The translations under genes were made by a program, and so were the position numbers. Positions 1-12,151 of a DNA stretch of 64,000 nt are shown here, in pieces (position 1 is the stretch's first letter; each line of letters opens with the position of its first letter). The notes under the pieces are model-generated. The model was not told the DNA's origin and ran no database searches. It worked only from the letters and a program-made list of their open reading frames with translations. This DNA is from Heterodontus francisci (lineage: Eukaryota): the NCBI RefSeq assembly GCF_036365525.1, contig NC_090371.1, positions 103,262,211 to 103,326,210 of the forward strand. Direction: 5' to 3'.

Positions 1-99
1 GTCAGCCTTGATTTCTGTGCTCAAGTCCTGCAGTGGGACTTGAAGTTGAAAACTTGTGACTCAGAGACAAGAGTGCTACCAACTAAGCCACAGATGACA
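1..99 (-). mobile_element. tRNA-derived SINE 5' part (SacSINE1/DeuSINE-like), cut by the window edge
   Basis: Reverse complement reads TGTGGCTTAGTTGGTAGCACTCTT...TTCAAGTCCCACT...TTGAGCACA...GGCTGAC (A/B-box tRNA head); homologous to 5850-5995 and 63810-63985. Confidence 0.7.
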
Positions 100-1490
100 A
101 AGAAGCAATTCAGCACATAAGAAACAATTCAGAAAAAGCTAGTACAGATGAATACTGAATACAATATAAGACAATAGAGGGATTATTTCCCTCCCCATAA
201 AAGATTTAATTACTAATTTTATATTCCAGAATAATATCACAATTAGCAACAACATTTGGAAATAATGACCCGGATTTACAAATGCCAATGGGTTTGGGAC
301 AGGTTGTGGATGTGATTTGAAAATCGCAGTCCCAGAGGTCATCTCTGGATCCCAATGCTTCCAGGAGAGTCGCAATTTTCAATGTGAGGGCGTTTGGGAG
401 GGAACGGGGAACTGCTCGCCTCCAATAAAGAGCCCATTAAACTCATGGGGGAGCTCTTTGAGGGGCGGGGGGGAGGATTGTGCAGGGTAGAAGGGTTTGC
501 ACTATCATTTTCAATTAGGATTCCAGTGAGCTCGACCAGTCTGGTGCATGATAGTGCACAGCTGCTGGGGTCACAGTGGGTAGAGGGCAAACTTTATTGT
601 TGGAAGATGAAATGTTTTGAGCCTATGGGGATCTTGTGCCAGGTCAAGCGGGACGTTTTTTTTATTTTGGAAGTGTTGCCTCACCTCTTTATTCTGCTCG
701 CTCTCTATGGAGCTTCCTGCTCATCAGCAAGGCAAGCCCCATCATGGCTGCCACTTGCCTTTGCCACTCATGCTCTGCAAGCAGAAACTCCTACTCTGAC
801 GATGATGAGAAGGCTGTGCCTGAACTTATAAGCACACGCACCGTACTGAAAGAAGATGTGTAGATTTTCAGAACAGCAAAGCAGAATAGTGCCCTTGCCG
901 CAGGTCAAGGCCTCAGGGACTTTCCTTAATGTTTCAGATTTCTTCTTTTAGAATGTCAAGGTCACTAAAAACTGTTCAACTGAGTGCAATCACTGAAGCC
1001 TGTTCAACAAATTTTCTGATGCCTTGAATCTTGTGAAAGCCAAACAACAGACATTTATATTTATGATATAGCAAGTGAATCCAAATTGTTTAAGTAACAG
1101 ATTGTCATTTTTTTCTCTTTTACTACTGTGGATATTGAATACTAAATAAGGTCCTTGCTAATAATCAAGAGGCAGACTTTATATTATACCAACTGCCTGA
1201 AGTTTCACTACAACTGATTGTAGAGTTTTGATTGATATATTCAATTTACTGAGAATTATCTGGATAGTACCACAAAGGTATCTGTTTTCCTGTATTTTCT
1301 TTTAATTGGTAAGAGATGCTAGCCCACAAAGTCCACTGCTAATGTTAATCCCATTTTTATGCATCCACACACTAAGTGGCATGCCTGATGCAAAATACAA
1401 GAAACACACCAAATTATACCTGAGCTTTCGAGATTTCAGTTCTGCAAGGATTTTCCCAGATGAGGTTGGAAGAAATGCAATGCATATTCA

Positions 1491-1681
1491 TTACATTTCA
1501 AGAAATGGCAGGGTAGAAGCCTGGAGTACATACAGGAGGTAGCATATGGATAATGAGCTTGTATTTGCAGCAAGATTTTGGGAGGATGGTTGGTGTTCTT
1601 TCTCAGTAGTTTGCGCTATATCTGGATAGTGAACTTGAATCAATTTGTCAGCATCAGATTGTAGCATCATTACAAGAGAAG
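1491..1681 (-). other. Candidate exon of an unidentified minus-strand transcript
   Basis: Acceptor-like tgcatttttag just 5' of 1681 and a short open frame to TAA at 1491; no recognisable protein homology. Confidence 0.2.
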
Positions 1682-2581
1682 CTAAAAATGCATACAAATC
1701 TTGACTGGTCTGCTGACTAAGTTAATTCAAAATAATCACTGCAATAATCTTTTGAATATGGTGGTATGAATTGAATATTTTAACTATTCTCTTTCTGATA
1801 GGGAAGAACAATCATGCAGTTACTACAAACATGTATATTTAAACATGCATGGAAATTCAAAATTCAAACTGTCCTTCTGCTGTGAATAAATTGGCTCTCT
1901 GATGGAAGCAGAAGGGATCATACAGACAATACACTGTAGTTAAATACGTGTAGTGAATAAAGATAGGGGAATTGCAAAGCAATTATTATAATGGCTTGAA
2001 TATCCAGCCATGCCCAGTATGATGCTTCTGGTTCAGCAAAGGTCATTTATATTACAAAGAAGTTGTATTTGTAAAACTTTATAAAGATGGAGTAGAATTT
2101 TTTTTTAAATAAGCACCAATAGACCAGCAGAGTTCCTGATCTTAGGAACACTATTATGAAGAATGTCCTGTTGACACAAGGGAAGAATTATCATGCAGTG
2201 CAAACAGAGGGTTGGGAGCAGAATCTAGCTGTTTCACCCACCCACGTCCTCAGGGACAGCAAGAGGGATGGATTGACCCACCACAGAGCTAGTTTTACAG
2301 GGAGGAAAACGAGATAGTAACAAGACAATCTAGCTTCCAAAAACCTTCCAATAAATACTGAAAAAGCTCGAGAAGTTATTGCTGATTAACAGCTTGATGG
2401 GTTTTTTTTAAGATTCATATCTTGGTATACACAGAGGCCTTGGGCATTGTAGAAAGGTCAACCAAGTTTATATTTTGCTATAATAAAAGCAAAATACTGC
2501 GGATGCTGGAAATCTGAAATAAAAACAAGAAATGCTGGAACCACTCAGCAGGTCTGGCAGCATCTGTGGAAAGAGAAGCAG

Positions 2582-2618
2582 AGTTAACGTTTCGGGTCAG
2601 TGACGCTCCTTCGGAACT
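2582..2618 (-). ncRNA. Minimal type I hammerhead ribozyme-like motif (variant core) in Penelope pLTR
   Basis: Minus strand reads AGTT-CCGAAGG-AGCGTCACTGACCC-GAAA-CG-TT-AACT: stem I AGUU/AACU, stem II hairpin, palindromic AACGUU stem III; core deviates from CUGANGA. Confidence 0.5.
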
Positions 2619-2967
2619 AGCAAATATTAGAAATGTCAAAGGTTATAAGCAAGTGAGCTGGGGGTGGGGCAAGAGATAACAAAGGAGAAGGTGTAGATTG
2701 GACAAGGCCACACAGCTGACCAAAAGGTCATGGAGCAAAGGCAAACAATGTGTTAATGGTGTGTTGAAAGACAAAGCATTAGTACAAATAGGGTACTATT
2801 AACGGACTGAAGGTTGAACAGCAACAAGTACAAACGTGAAAAAAAGTGGGTAAACAAACTGAACAAACTAAGATGAAATGAAATAAACATAAACAAAAGG
2901 TTGCAAAAAATGTAAAAAAGAAAAAAAGAAAAAATAACTAAAAATAAAAGTAAAATGGGGGGCCCCT

Positions 2968-3120
2968 TCATACTCTGAAATGCTTGAACTCAATGTTCAG
3001 TCCGGCAGGCTGTAGTGTGCCTAATCGGTAAATGAGATGCTGTTCCTCGAGCTTGCGTTGATGTTCACTGGAACATTGCAGCAATCCCAGGACAGAGATG
3101 TGAGCATGAGAGCAGGGGGG
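2968..3120 (-). pseudogene. Penelope ORF C-terminus (end of GIY-YIG endonuclease)
   Basis: HAHISVLGLLQCSSEHQRKLEEQHLIYRLGTLQPAGLNIEF, the typical E..LI..L.T..P.GLN ending of vertebrate PLEs. Confidence 0.8.
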
Positions 3121-3277
3121 ACTGTTGTTCAACACATCATTAACACATTGTTTGCCTTTGCTCCATGACCTTTTGGTCAGCTGTGTGGCCTTGTCCAATC
3201 TACACCTTCTCCTTTGTTATCTCTTGCCCCACCCCCAGCTCACTTGCTTATAACCTTTGACATTTCTAATATTTGCT

Positions 3278-3313
3278 AGTTCCGAAGAAGCGTCACTGAC
3301 CCGAAACGTTAAC
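3278..3313 (+). ncRNA. Minimal hammerhead ribozyme-like motif in the inverted pLTR arm
   Basis: AGTT-CCGAAGA-AGCGTCACTGACCC-GAAA-CGTT-AAC. Confidence 0.55.
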
Positions 3314-3520
3314 ACTGCTTCTCTTTCCACAGATGCTGCCAGACCTGCTGAGTGGTTCCAGCATTTCTTGTTTTTATTTTATATTTTGCTATGCTGTCTC
3401 TAGAAGAAAAGTCTGGCAATTGCTTACACAATTCTTTTGCACATCAAATCATTTTTTCTTGTTTTTCTGTTTGCATATAATTAAAGGCAAGAAGTGACTT
3501 CAATGTCACTCATCGCTTAC

Positions 3521-3720
3521 AATTTTGGAATGTCGGAGAATTAGATATATGGCTGACTGGCTCATCACAGGCCACAAATAATTCTAGTCCTCATCACTCA
3601 TCCATTTATCTGATTCTGTCAGGTTAATTCACTGTTACTGAAATAGCCCCCACTTTCCTGCTGTACTCGCACTGTAATTGTTCAATCCAGTTGCGACTAG
3701 CTGCACCCTGGTTTTTGCCA
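3521..3720 (-). other. Candidate non-coding exon
   Basis: Acceptor ttgtttatgtatttaag and donor GTAAGC bound 200 nt of non-repetitive sequence; stops in all three frames. Confidence 0.3.
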
Positions 3721-5499
3721 CTTAAATACATAAACAAGTAAAACAAGTTCACATTGGCAATATCACTAACCAGCTGTGTAATATGATTGTCATGAGCTGC
3801 TTCTATCATGCTACATGTTCTGCATTTTTACAATTATGAAAATAGTTACAGTTGTATTTTTCATATATTATTTTGTCTTATTTCTGAAATGTTACACAAA
3901 ATAATGAAACATACCCCAATTTTCTACGATCAGTCCTGCAGTTGCTTTTTTGTTGTGGGTGAGACTGCCACTCTTTTTCATCAATTTTTCTCCCCTAGCC
4001 CTTCTACGTCTCCCTGAACTATACAACACCCATAGATGAGAGGGTGAGTGTGTGGATGAACTGTTGCTGGATCTTTATCAATGGGTAAGTCCAGGGTAAA
4101 TCTTCCTACCTATAGGAACCAGCTGATTTACATTTCTAAAGCGGGTTTCCACCAAAGTTATGGAGGCTTAGTGGAAGTAGCCAGAGGCTAATTCCCACCG
4201 CTGGTCTCACTATGGTATGTCTGTGGATGGCAACTCAGCATGTGGATAATCATGAGCACAAATCTGCATCTTGCTATTCTGTTGGGCAGGACTTTGCTGC
4301 TCCAACCTGTTGCAACAGTGGAACAACTTTTTTTTTAACTTTTTTTTTTAACAGAAGAGCAAACTGCTTTGTGGTCCTTATAATGGCTCAGATCTTGCTG
4401 GAACAAGGCTAATTCTGACCCCAAACCATTACATGGAATGCTGGTACAGTAATGGACTGAATCTTGCTGCAATGGGGAATCTAACAGCATGCCTGGTTAG
4501 TTAGGCTTTTTCCCTCACCATTCAGCTTGGAATTATTTTTACCCTGTAACTCGCTGCAAGTGTGAACTAATAATGATGTGACGTGACAATGGGGCATCTG
4601 GGACATTGGTGAACAATGGGACTAACAGTCAATCACCTTAACCAATGAGATTTAAGGATTGGAAAAGAAACAGAGGAACAAATGAGTAAATTAGAGTTAA
4701 ATTAGGCACAAAAAGAGAAATAAAGGAAAGGAGAGAATGATTGGATAAAGAGAAGTGAGAGAAAGGAAGAAAAGGTTTGAAAAAAAATTAAATTTTAATT
4801 TTAAAAGGTCTCAAACAACCTATAGGAATAAACCTCCACTGTTTCAATTGTTTCCTTTCTGTGCTGGAAAGGTTGAGTGGTGATGCGGGAACATAAATCA
4901 CATCATCAAAAAGGTACTTAGGCTGTTAAGTAGTGGCCTTGACTTTCTGCAGTGAGTTTAATTGGTAATTAATGTACAAAATGCAGCAATTTCATGAAAC
5001 TCATGGGAAGGTTGAGGGCAAGCGACGGTTTCCGTAAGGTTAGCGGCGGAGCAGTGCAAATTACTCAAACAAATGGCTATTTGTAATTTGTGGGTTATCT
5101 TTTCCTTGCCACAAATTGCTGGACAATTTACACATTAATAACAGTGAGTGCCATTAACTCACCATTATTTTGGTAATAAAATCTGGGCATTATATATACA
5201 CATTTCTTTTCCTGGGTGCTCTTGTAATCTATGCCACTGGCTTTGTAAAGTGTGGGTTGGGCTCTGCCTCTTACAATTCCCCACAGATTCCACTTTGTAA
5301 AATTTGAAGCCAGCCTATCCAGACCCTGACCTAATTTGTAGCAAACTGTTGCCAGAGTGATGTTGAGAGTGTGCTGGAAAGACTGTGGAATAAATGGAGT
5401 TAACGTTCTTTTTTTAGGCAGAGGGAAACCCTCCTAACAGAACTGTTGTGATTAACAGACAGCCATATGCACCCCTCTGCTGCAGGGTATTCCCTCTGG

Positions 5500-5705
5500 C
5501 AAATAAGTCTTCAATGACTTGTGTAATGTATTGGTACAGATAATTGACTTCTCTGACAAATGTTACCCATGGTGCCTTGAACTGGTAAATATCATCAGTA
5601 GTGGCTTGAACTAACGCAGTGGTGTAAAAGTTCAAGGCAATAGTGACTTTGACGCCAATGGGTTGGGTTGTCCCTGTATTGGATGCAGTGTGCCAGTCAT
5701 GCTCC
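5500..5705 (-). pseudogene. Old Harbinger transposase relic
   Basis: PIGVKVTIALNFYTTALVQATTDDIY...FVREV matches the N-terminal block of the other Harbinger transposases in this window (e.g. VLKVTMALNF at 24279). Confidence 0.6.
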
Positions 5706-5849
5706 TAAAGATGAACCCAGCTCACTTACTTCCTTGCTGCTAAATCAAGGATGGTGAAGGCAGATCTCTTCTACAATGGTCAAGTAGTTGTACCTCGGCA
5801 GTATCATGTAATTTCTGGCCGCTTATGGCCAGGTAAATTAAGTTTATGG

Positions 5850-5995
5850 TGTCAGCTGTGAGTGAGTTGGTAGCACTCTTGCCTCTGAGTTACAAGGTTG
5901 TAGTTTCAAGTCCCACTCCAGGACTCGAGTACAAAAATCAAGGCTGACATTCCAGTGCAGTACAAAGGGAGTGATACACTGTTGGAGGTGTTGTT
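5850..5995 (+). mobile_element. tRNA-derived SINE (SacSINE1/DeuSINE-like), 5' half
   Basis: GTCAGCTGTGAGTGAGTTGGTAGCACTCTTGCCTCTGAGT...TTCAAGTCCCACTCCAG...GGCTGACATTCCAGTGCAGTAC. Confidence 0.75.
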
Positions 5996-7269
5996 TTGCC
6001 TTGCAGGCTGGCCTTGTCCCATTTTTTTCTGCCTAACTATCCCTCTCTCTGCCTGCCTATCTTGCACCAAGCCCTATGTTTCTTTCTTCCCAGCTGACTG
6101 AATTCTGCCTCACAGGCCACTGCCCTTCTGGCCTATTCCCTCTTCAGGCCTCCTCTGGGTCCATTCTGCTGCTCCCCATTGTTTATAATAAAATGAGTTG
6201 CACAAATATCAGTTGAACTAGCAGTTTATGAAATCAAATTAGATAAAATCAAATATCTATCCCCCAAAACAGCAGTAGAAATAATTAAATAAAGCTAAAA
6301 TCAATATTATTAAATAAAAACATCTCCCACCACTCCTGCAGTTTATAGATAATAACACAAAGCAAAAAACACTGTTCACATTCTCCAACAGCACTGAGCC
6401 CTGATGCAATTACAATAATATAAAATGTATCCCCAAGCGGACCTCTTCCATTATTTCTTTACTTCATTTCCCTAGTTCTTTTTATTTATTAATGTTCTTG
6501 AATTCAAGCTCCATTAGTTACTTGTTACACACATACTTTACAAGCTCTATCATCTATTTAGTTAATGGACTTTCCTCCTTTTGTTTTCATGTCATCTCCA
6601 CATTTTTATTTCATAGGACTAGTTTTGCTCTCTTGACAATTCCTGGATGTAATTTAGATGAAGTATGCTTCCATAACCATGGCCTCTGTGCTTAAACATC
6701 CATGCTAACATGTTATTGGGTGCAGTAAATAGGGGAAGAGGAAGTCCACTGTCTTCTGGATGCTTACAGGCAGCAGCAGCATCATTAAAGGGGAAGGTAC
6801 AGTAAGAGCTCTTTGAGGGAGCCAGAGCAATTTATACAAATTTTAGTCATTATGGGAAGATTTTTATTTTGCCACCTGCTGTTGAGGAGCTGAAAGAATT
6901 TAAATCCATTTATGCCACAAAGGAAGTTTAAGTTTGCACATCTCTCTCTCCTCATCTATTTTAATGTGCCTTCCCAGTCAATATGCTGTTGCTGTTGTAC
7001 CAGACTGTAATGGCAGCAGTATCCAAAGCAGGAGACTATGTGCCTTGCAGTCAACCTTGGAAGGAGTGATAAAAGGAAAGCACTGGGCTGATGCATAGCA
7101 AGTACACACTTGTTTCAATAAAGCACTATTAGTGCAGTATTATTGTGATATTGGTGCATTTAAATATGAAAAAACAGGGGAAACTGGTAATCGAGTGGTG
7201 AAAGGAAGAGAAACAAATTTTTATATAACACCTTTTACAGCCTCATGGTATCCCAAAGCAATTTACAGC

Positions 7270-7515
7270 CATAGTCATAGAGTCATAACGACACAGAAGG
7301 AGACCATTTGGCCCATCTCTCTGTACAGCAATGCAGTCAGTCCCATTCATCCTCTCTATTCCCCTAGCCCTGCAGTTTATTTCCCTCAATTGCGTATCCA
7401 ATTTTGTTTTGAAATCATTGATCGTCTCCGCTTCCACCACTCTCAAAGGCATCGAGTTCCAGGTAATTACCACTCGCTGAGTAAAAGGTTCTTCATCACA
7501 TCCCCCTGTATCTCT
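7270..7515 (-). mobile_element. CR1 LINE 3' end
   Basis: WNSMPLRVVEAETINDFKTKLD (ORF2 C-terminus), 3' UTR and (CTATGACT)n-like tail. Confidence 0.8.
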
Positions 7516-7989
7516 TGGTTTGGTGGGGGAGGGAGGAGGTAAGGATTAGTGTGCATTTTTCCTCTGAGCTTCTTTCATTATTTTGGCACTGGGTGTATAG
7601 CAGAAGGAAATGTACCCCATTTACTCTTCATGCTTCATCATTTATTTATTTTGTGCTTCCTCTGCTCAATGGTTTATTTACTTCATGTCCCATCTTCCTG
7701 ATCTTTTCATACCTCTTTTTTCTACTCTTGTTTATCTCATGGCACTCTTCTCACTATTTATTTATTTATTTCCAGTTCTGTTTACTTATTCAATGAATGC
7801 TCACCATCCATTCCATTGAATATTTATTCCATTCTGCCCTCTATCAATCTGCTATTGGAAGGTTATTTGTCATACTCAAAAAATCTAGATTGAAAGCCGT
7901 CCCCTTCATGACAATTTGTATCATTTTATTTGTATCCAGATGCCAATGATTTAATCTGTTAGTATGGCTTCCATAACTTTAACCACAAT

Positions 7990-8330
7990 GGATGTCAAAC
8001 TCACTGGTCTGTAGTTCTTGGCTCACATTTCCTACCACTTCACAAACAAGAATAACATTGGCCTTTCTCCAGCAATGTAACATTCCCCCAGCAATAGGTG
8101 ACCTCCGTTACCATCTATTAATTCTCCCAAAAGTGATTCCATGTCTTCCCTCTCCTCTCTCACTTGTGCCTCGATACTGAAGTTTATATATATTGCCCCA
8201 GCACCTCCCTTTCTCCTGATATGGTCTTTTCTAAACAATTTGTAACCTTCCAGATATGTCTCTCATGGATTGGAATAATTTCACCATGTCTCTGTGATAC
8301 GAACGACGTTCAAACAATCAACCCCTGCAG
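7990..8330 (-). mobile_element. Ancient CR1 fragments (APE and RT pieces)
   Basis: Minus strand encodes ITETW...EGYKLFRKDHIRRKGGAGAIYI and NYRPVSLTS. Confidence 0.7.
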
Positions 8331-9035
8331 GACAATCCAGATCCCACATCAGATTTGTTGGACTTCTTACATTAATGCAAGCACAGCTTCAATGCGTTTT
8401 ACTTTTCTCACTGACTTTATTTTTAGTAGTCACAAGTGCCATACATGCAGTACTAGATTAATTAGTATGTGGTATATTCATAATGTTTAATAAAGGTAGT
8501 AAGATATCAATACATCAAAGAAAATGAACCTCAAAATCTCAGAACAGTTGCATTTTGTCATGCCCAAGGCGGCCCAACCCAAGGCAAGAATGGATTAAAA
8601 TACCCACTGAATAAAGTCAATTGCACAAAACAAATAAAACAGAATTATTCGTTCCAAATTTGTAGTTACATAGTCTTGTGAAAAGACTCTACAGCCATAT
8701 ATCAAAACACTGGACAAAGTGTAATCATACATTACATACAGTTATCCAACTTTAATCTAAGTCAATGTAGAAGACAATGCTCATGGGTGTTGTGCACCTA
8801 TAAACCTTATCTTCCTATTTCTGGGTTATGTCAAATTTGCAATGATTGTTCCCACTTTCTAATCTATGTCATGCGGTATCTGTTGATATTCTTTCATACC
8901 CAATTCAAACTGCTAAAATAAATTCTAATATTTGTTTGAAATTTATTAAGTTAGTCATTTTGCATTGTTTTAACATTTACATAAGTCAAAAGACTCCGAA
9001 TGAACAGAACTAGAAAACATGTGTGTCTCACTTAC

Positions 9036-9169
9036 GCTCTCACTGTTGGCAGCTACATTGCTGTTAGATTTTTTCATGGTGGAATCTCAGTTACTCTGGA
9101 GATCTTTTCAGCCTTCTGCTTACTTCCAAGGTTCAATAGTCCCAATTTTAAATCCACTAAGATCTTTTG
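9036..9169 (-). other. Candidate spliced exon (134 nt)
   Basis: Strong acceptor ttttatttttag and donor GTAAGT; contains CCACC-ATG opening MKKSNSNVAANSES up to the donor. Confidence 0.4.
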
Positions 9170-10220
9170 CTAAAAATAAAATTATTTTTAAAACTTTACT
9201 CAACAGAAAAGGAACATAAATCAGATGAACAGAATGATTAAACATAAATTATTAAACTGAATATTAAATCAAGCTATAAAGTAAAAGTCTCCATCAGATG
9301 ATATTCAGATCTGTATTCTGAATAAAACATTTTCCACCAAAGGTTAGATTACTAACTTGTGACTTGTAAAACTAACTCTCCTAAAATTTATGATGGGAAA
9401 ATCACAAACATTTCAGAAGAAGTAACTCCATCGGGATCGTCAAGAAAATGCTATTATGGCAGAGATCTCTACAGGGCAGTGTGTGATCACTTATTCTCTA
9501 AATACATGTTTCAATGTCAATCAGCAGTTTCTCTTGTCTTTAAAAAATGAGTCACAATTAGAAAATGAAAACGCAAGAACTCCACCTTTACAGTGTCCTA
9601 TGTGTCCTATATTTTAAACTTTATGGTTTTATGAAATCACAACTATATTAAGACCAGAAAAACTGAGAAAAATACCCAAAAGATTATCTATCTTTTCTCT
9701 TACAAATGCTGATTAATCTGCTTTATGTCTCAAGCATTTTTCTTATTTGTTATTTCAAGTTTTGAGAATTTGTGGTTTCTTTTTATCTCTAATGAGTAAT
9801 ATCGAAGTAATAGCAATTACTTTCTAATCAGGGAAGGATTTCTGATCAATATTTTCTTCCAATTGAATAATGAAGATAAAGAGACAAGGGGCTGAATTTT
9901 ATGGGTTCGCTGCCGATTTTGGTGGCGGGTGAAAAAAATTCACAACGCGGAGCCGCCACGATGCTAAGTGCAGAGGCTCATCGGTATGCCTGGGTCGTGC
10001 CGCCCCTAACAATGATGTGGAGGGGGCTAGCTGTACGATGCTGTGAACAGCATCAGCTGACAAGTAACCAGGTGCTGGCACCATATTTAAATGGCAGCTA
10101 GCCCTGCATTCATTCAGAATCACTTTAAAAATATTGCTGCTGGCACAGAGCAGCCAGCAGTGAAGTTAGTCAGCCATTCAGCCATAGCTCCCAAACATGT
10201 ACCCGTGTAAGGCACTGGAG

Positions 10221-11902
10221 ATGGCAGAGGTGCGAGGAAGGGTAGCCCCATGGTTCAGCGATGCTTCCCTGCTCACTCTCCTCCAGGCTGCATGGGCAAG
10301 GCGGGAGGTCCTTTTCCCCAACGATGGTAAGAAGAGGCCCTCCCGCCTGACCAAACAAGCCTGGACGGAGATCGCAGAGGAGGTAAACTGCCGTGGGATC
10401 ATCCGCTGAGACGGGATCCAGTGCTGCAAGAGGATGAACAATCTCATGCACTTGTCAAAGGTAAGTGACACTTTTTTGTATGGCTCCCTTTGACCTGGGT
10501 GTCCCCACAATGAGTGGCACATGGGTGTCACTACCACGTTAAAGACAGGGAGGTCGGGCAGGGAGGATTGATCACACATGAGTGGCTGCATGTGTGAAAG
10601 AATCAACCCTCATTTGCACCCCAGAACATGGCACCTACATGACAGGTTGAGTCCGTATTACACACTAATTGTTGTAGCGCCCTTGTTGTGAAAAGCATCA
10701 TGTTGTTGTTTGGCGATGTTTTACATCTGCATCCTTGCTATTCCAAGCAAAGAGGGCGCACAATACGAGGGAGTCCTCCAGGACTGGCGGAGGTGTGCCA
10801 GACATACGACAAGCTGAGGAGGAGGCCCTCGAGTTAGGTGGCAGCCAGGGAGGAGGTGCCATTTCAGAAGTGGAGCTTGGGGTCCCGGATGAACATACAT
10901 CTCTTTCACAAAAGCAATGATGAGTCGAAACACTTCAGTTGTGGACACAATGCTGTCATACTCATGACATGAACACCATGAAACCTAAAACTGCTCTTCA
11001 CATTGTATCTTGCGGTGTGATGCTCTGAGTCAGCATTGGAGGCCCTGGAGAATTCCAGCACATCTTAGGTACAGTCAACCTCAAAGGATGCAGTGTCCCA
11101 TGATACTCCCACACCTTCCACCAGCACAGATACTCTCACCTTGGTGGGAATCCGTTTGGCTGAGGCTGAGCAAGGCAATGCCTCTGACAGTCGGAGGACT
11201 ACAGGTGACGAGGCCCATGCTGAGCCCCAGGCTGATGAAGATCCTCTGGTGCCGACAGCACAGGGCATGCTGGAGTTGCAGGGAGAGGTAAGGCAACATC
11301 TCGTGGAGATACCAGAAGCCATGCGCAGCTTTGAGCAGACAATGGGGGAGTCCATCCAGGCCGTGACAGCTGCCATGTCCCAGGCATGTGAGTGCATGGC
11401 TTCCTCCATTGAGAGGTTGGCGACCCTCATGAAGAGTCACATTCCACAGATGCATGCAGCCTTGCAAACCATCACCTCAGCCATGAGATGGACATAGCAG
11501 TGGCTAAGCGAGAGAGGGACCAGCGGCCTTGAGCATTTCTCTGCTACTGGGCCTTCGCACAAGAGCAGTGAAGTTCCTACGAGCCTTGAGAGGGAGGAGG
11601 CAAGCCAGCGCTCCATATCTGGGGTCTCCCCTCTGGGTCATTCCAATGTGGATACTGCCTCCTCAGCCCCTCTGCCGGTGAATTCAGTTCCAGCAGCCAA
11701 GCTGTCTGAAAAGAGCCCTGCACTGGGACAAGAGGCCCTCAGGCAGCTGGGGCCCTCCAGGCCTCGTGCACCCAGAGGACAACAACCCAAGTCATCCAAA
11801 GCCAAAGGGCATCCTGATCAGCAGCCTGCCTCCAGTCAAGCTGCTAGCGCAGAGGTTGCACTGCGAAGGAGCATCCGCAAACGTTTCAAAAAGGCACCAT
11901 GA
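10221..11902 (+). pseudogene. Harbinger Myb/SANT-like DNA-binding protein gene (NAIF1/MSANTD-like), about 3 exons
   Basis: Exon 1 MAEVRGRVAPWFSDASL...REVLFP...KQAWTEIAEEVN...*DGIQCCKRMNNL with donor AAG|GTAAGT at 10461 and premature TGA at 10407; exon 2 KRAHNTRESSRTGGG (~10747-10880); exon 3 (~11069-11902) coiled-coil and basic tail with a stop. Confidence 0.8.
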
Positions 11903-12138
11903 CACATATGGGTTTTCATGGGTGACATGCCTATGTATTAATTCCTTCTCACTAAATATGCTTTTCTAACACGAGTTGAACACGTGGCTGCAGGGATGGT
12001 GCAGGAGGGAGGGTTTTGGTTTCCTGGATAATTGGGGCTCTTTCTGGGGTAGGTGGGACCTCTACAAACAGGATGGTCTTCACCTGAACCAGAGGGTACC
12101 AATATCCTGGGGGGGAGATTTGCGTGTGCTCTTCGGGG

Positions 12139-12151
12139 GGGTTTAAACTAA
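12139..12151 (+). promoter_or_regulatory. Putative -1 frameshift site G_GGU_UUA_AAC_UAA (copy A)
   Basis: TTTAAAC at 12142-12148 followed by the ORF1 stop; ORF2 frame FKLIQQGNG is open through it. Confidence 0.55.

Larger units (their letters stand above)
2482..3377 (-). mobile_element. 5'-truncated Penelope-like element with inverted pseudo-LTR
   Basis: GIY-YIG C-terminal peptide on the minus strand; ~250-bp inverted arms (2517-2768 and 3128-3379); 15-bp TSD TTTATATTTTGCTAT at 2467-2481 and 3378-3392. Confidence 0.85.

Noticed and set aside
785-863. Possible plus-strand terminal coding exon (NSYSDDDEKAVPELISTRTVLKEDV*)
   Set aside because: Weak acceptor, short, no recognisable homology and no supporting upstream exon in the window
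4281-5190. Possible old non-autonomous DNA transposon (GGGCAGGACTTT ... AAAATCTGGGC)
   Set aside because: The termini match poorly and no TSD is evident, so boundaries cannot be supported
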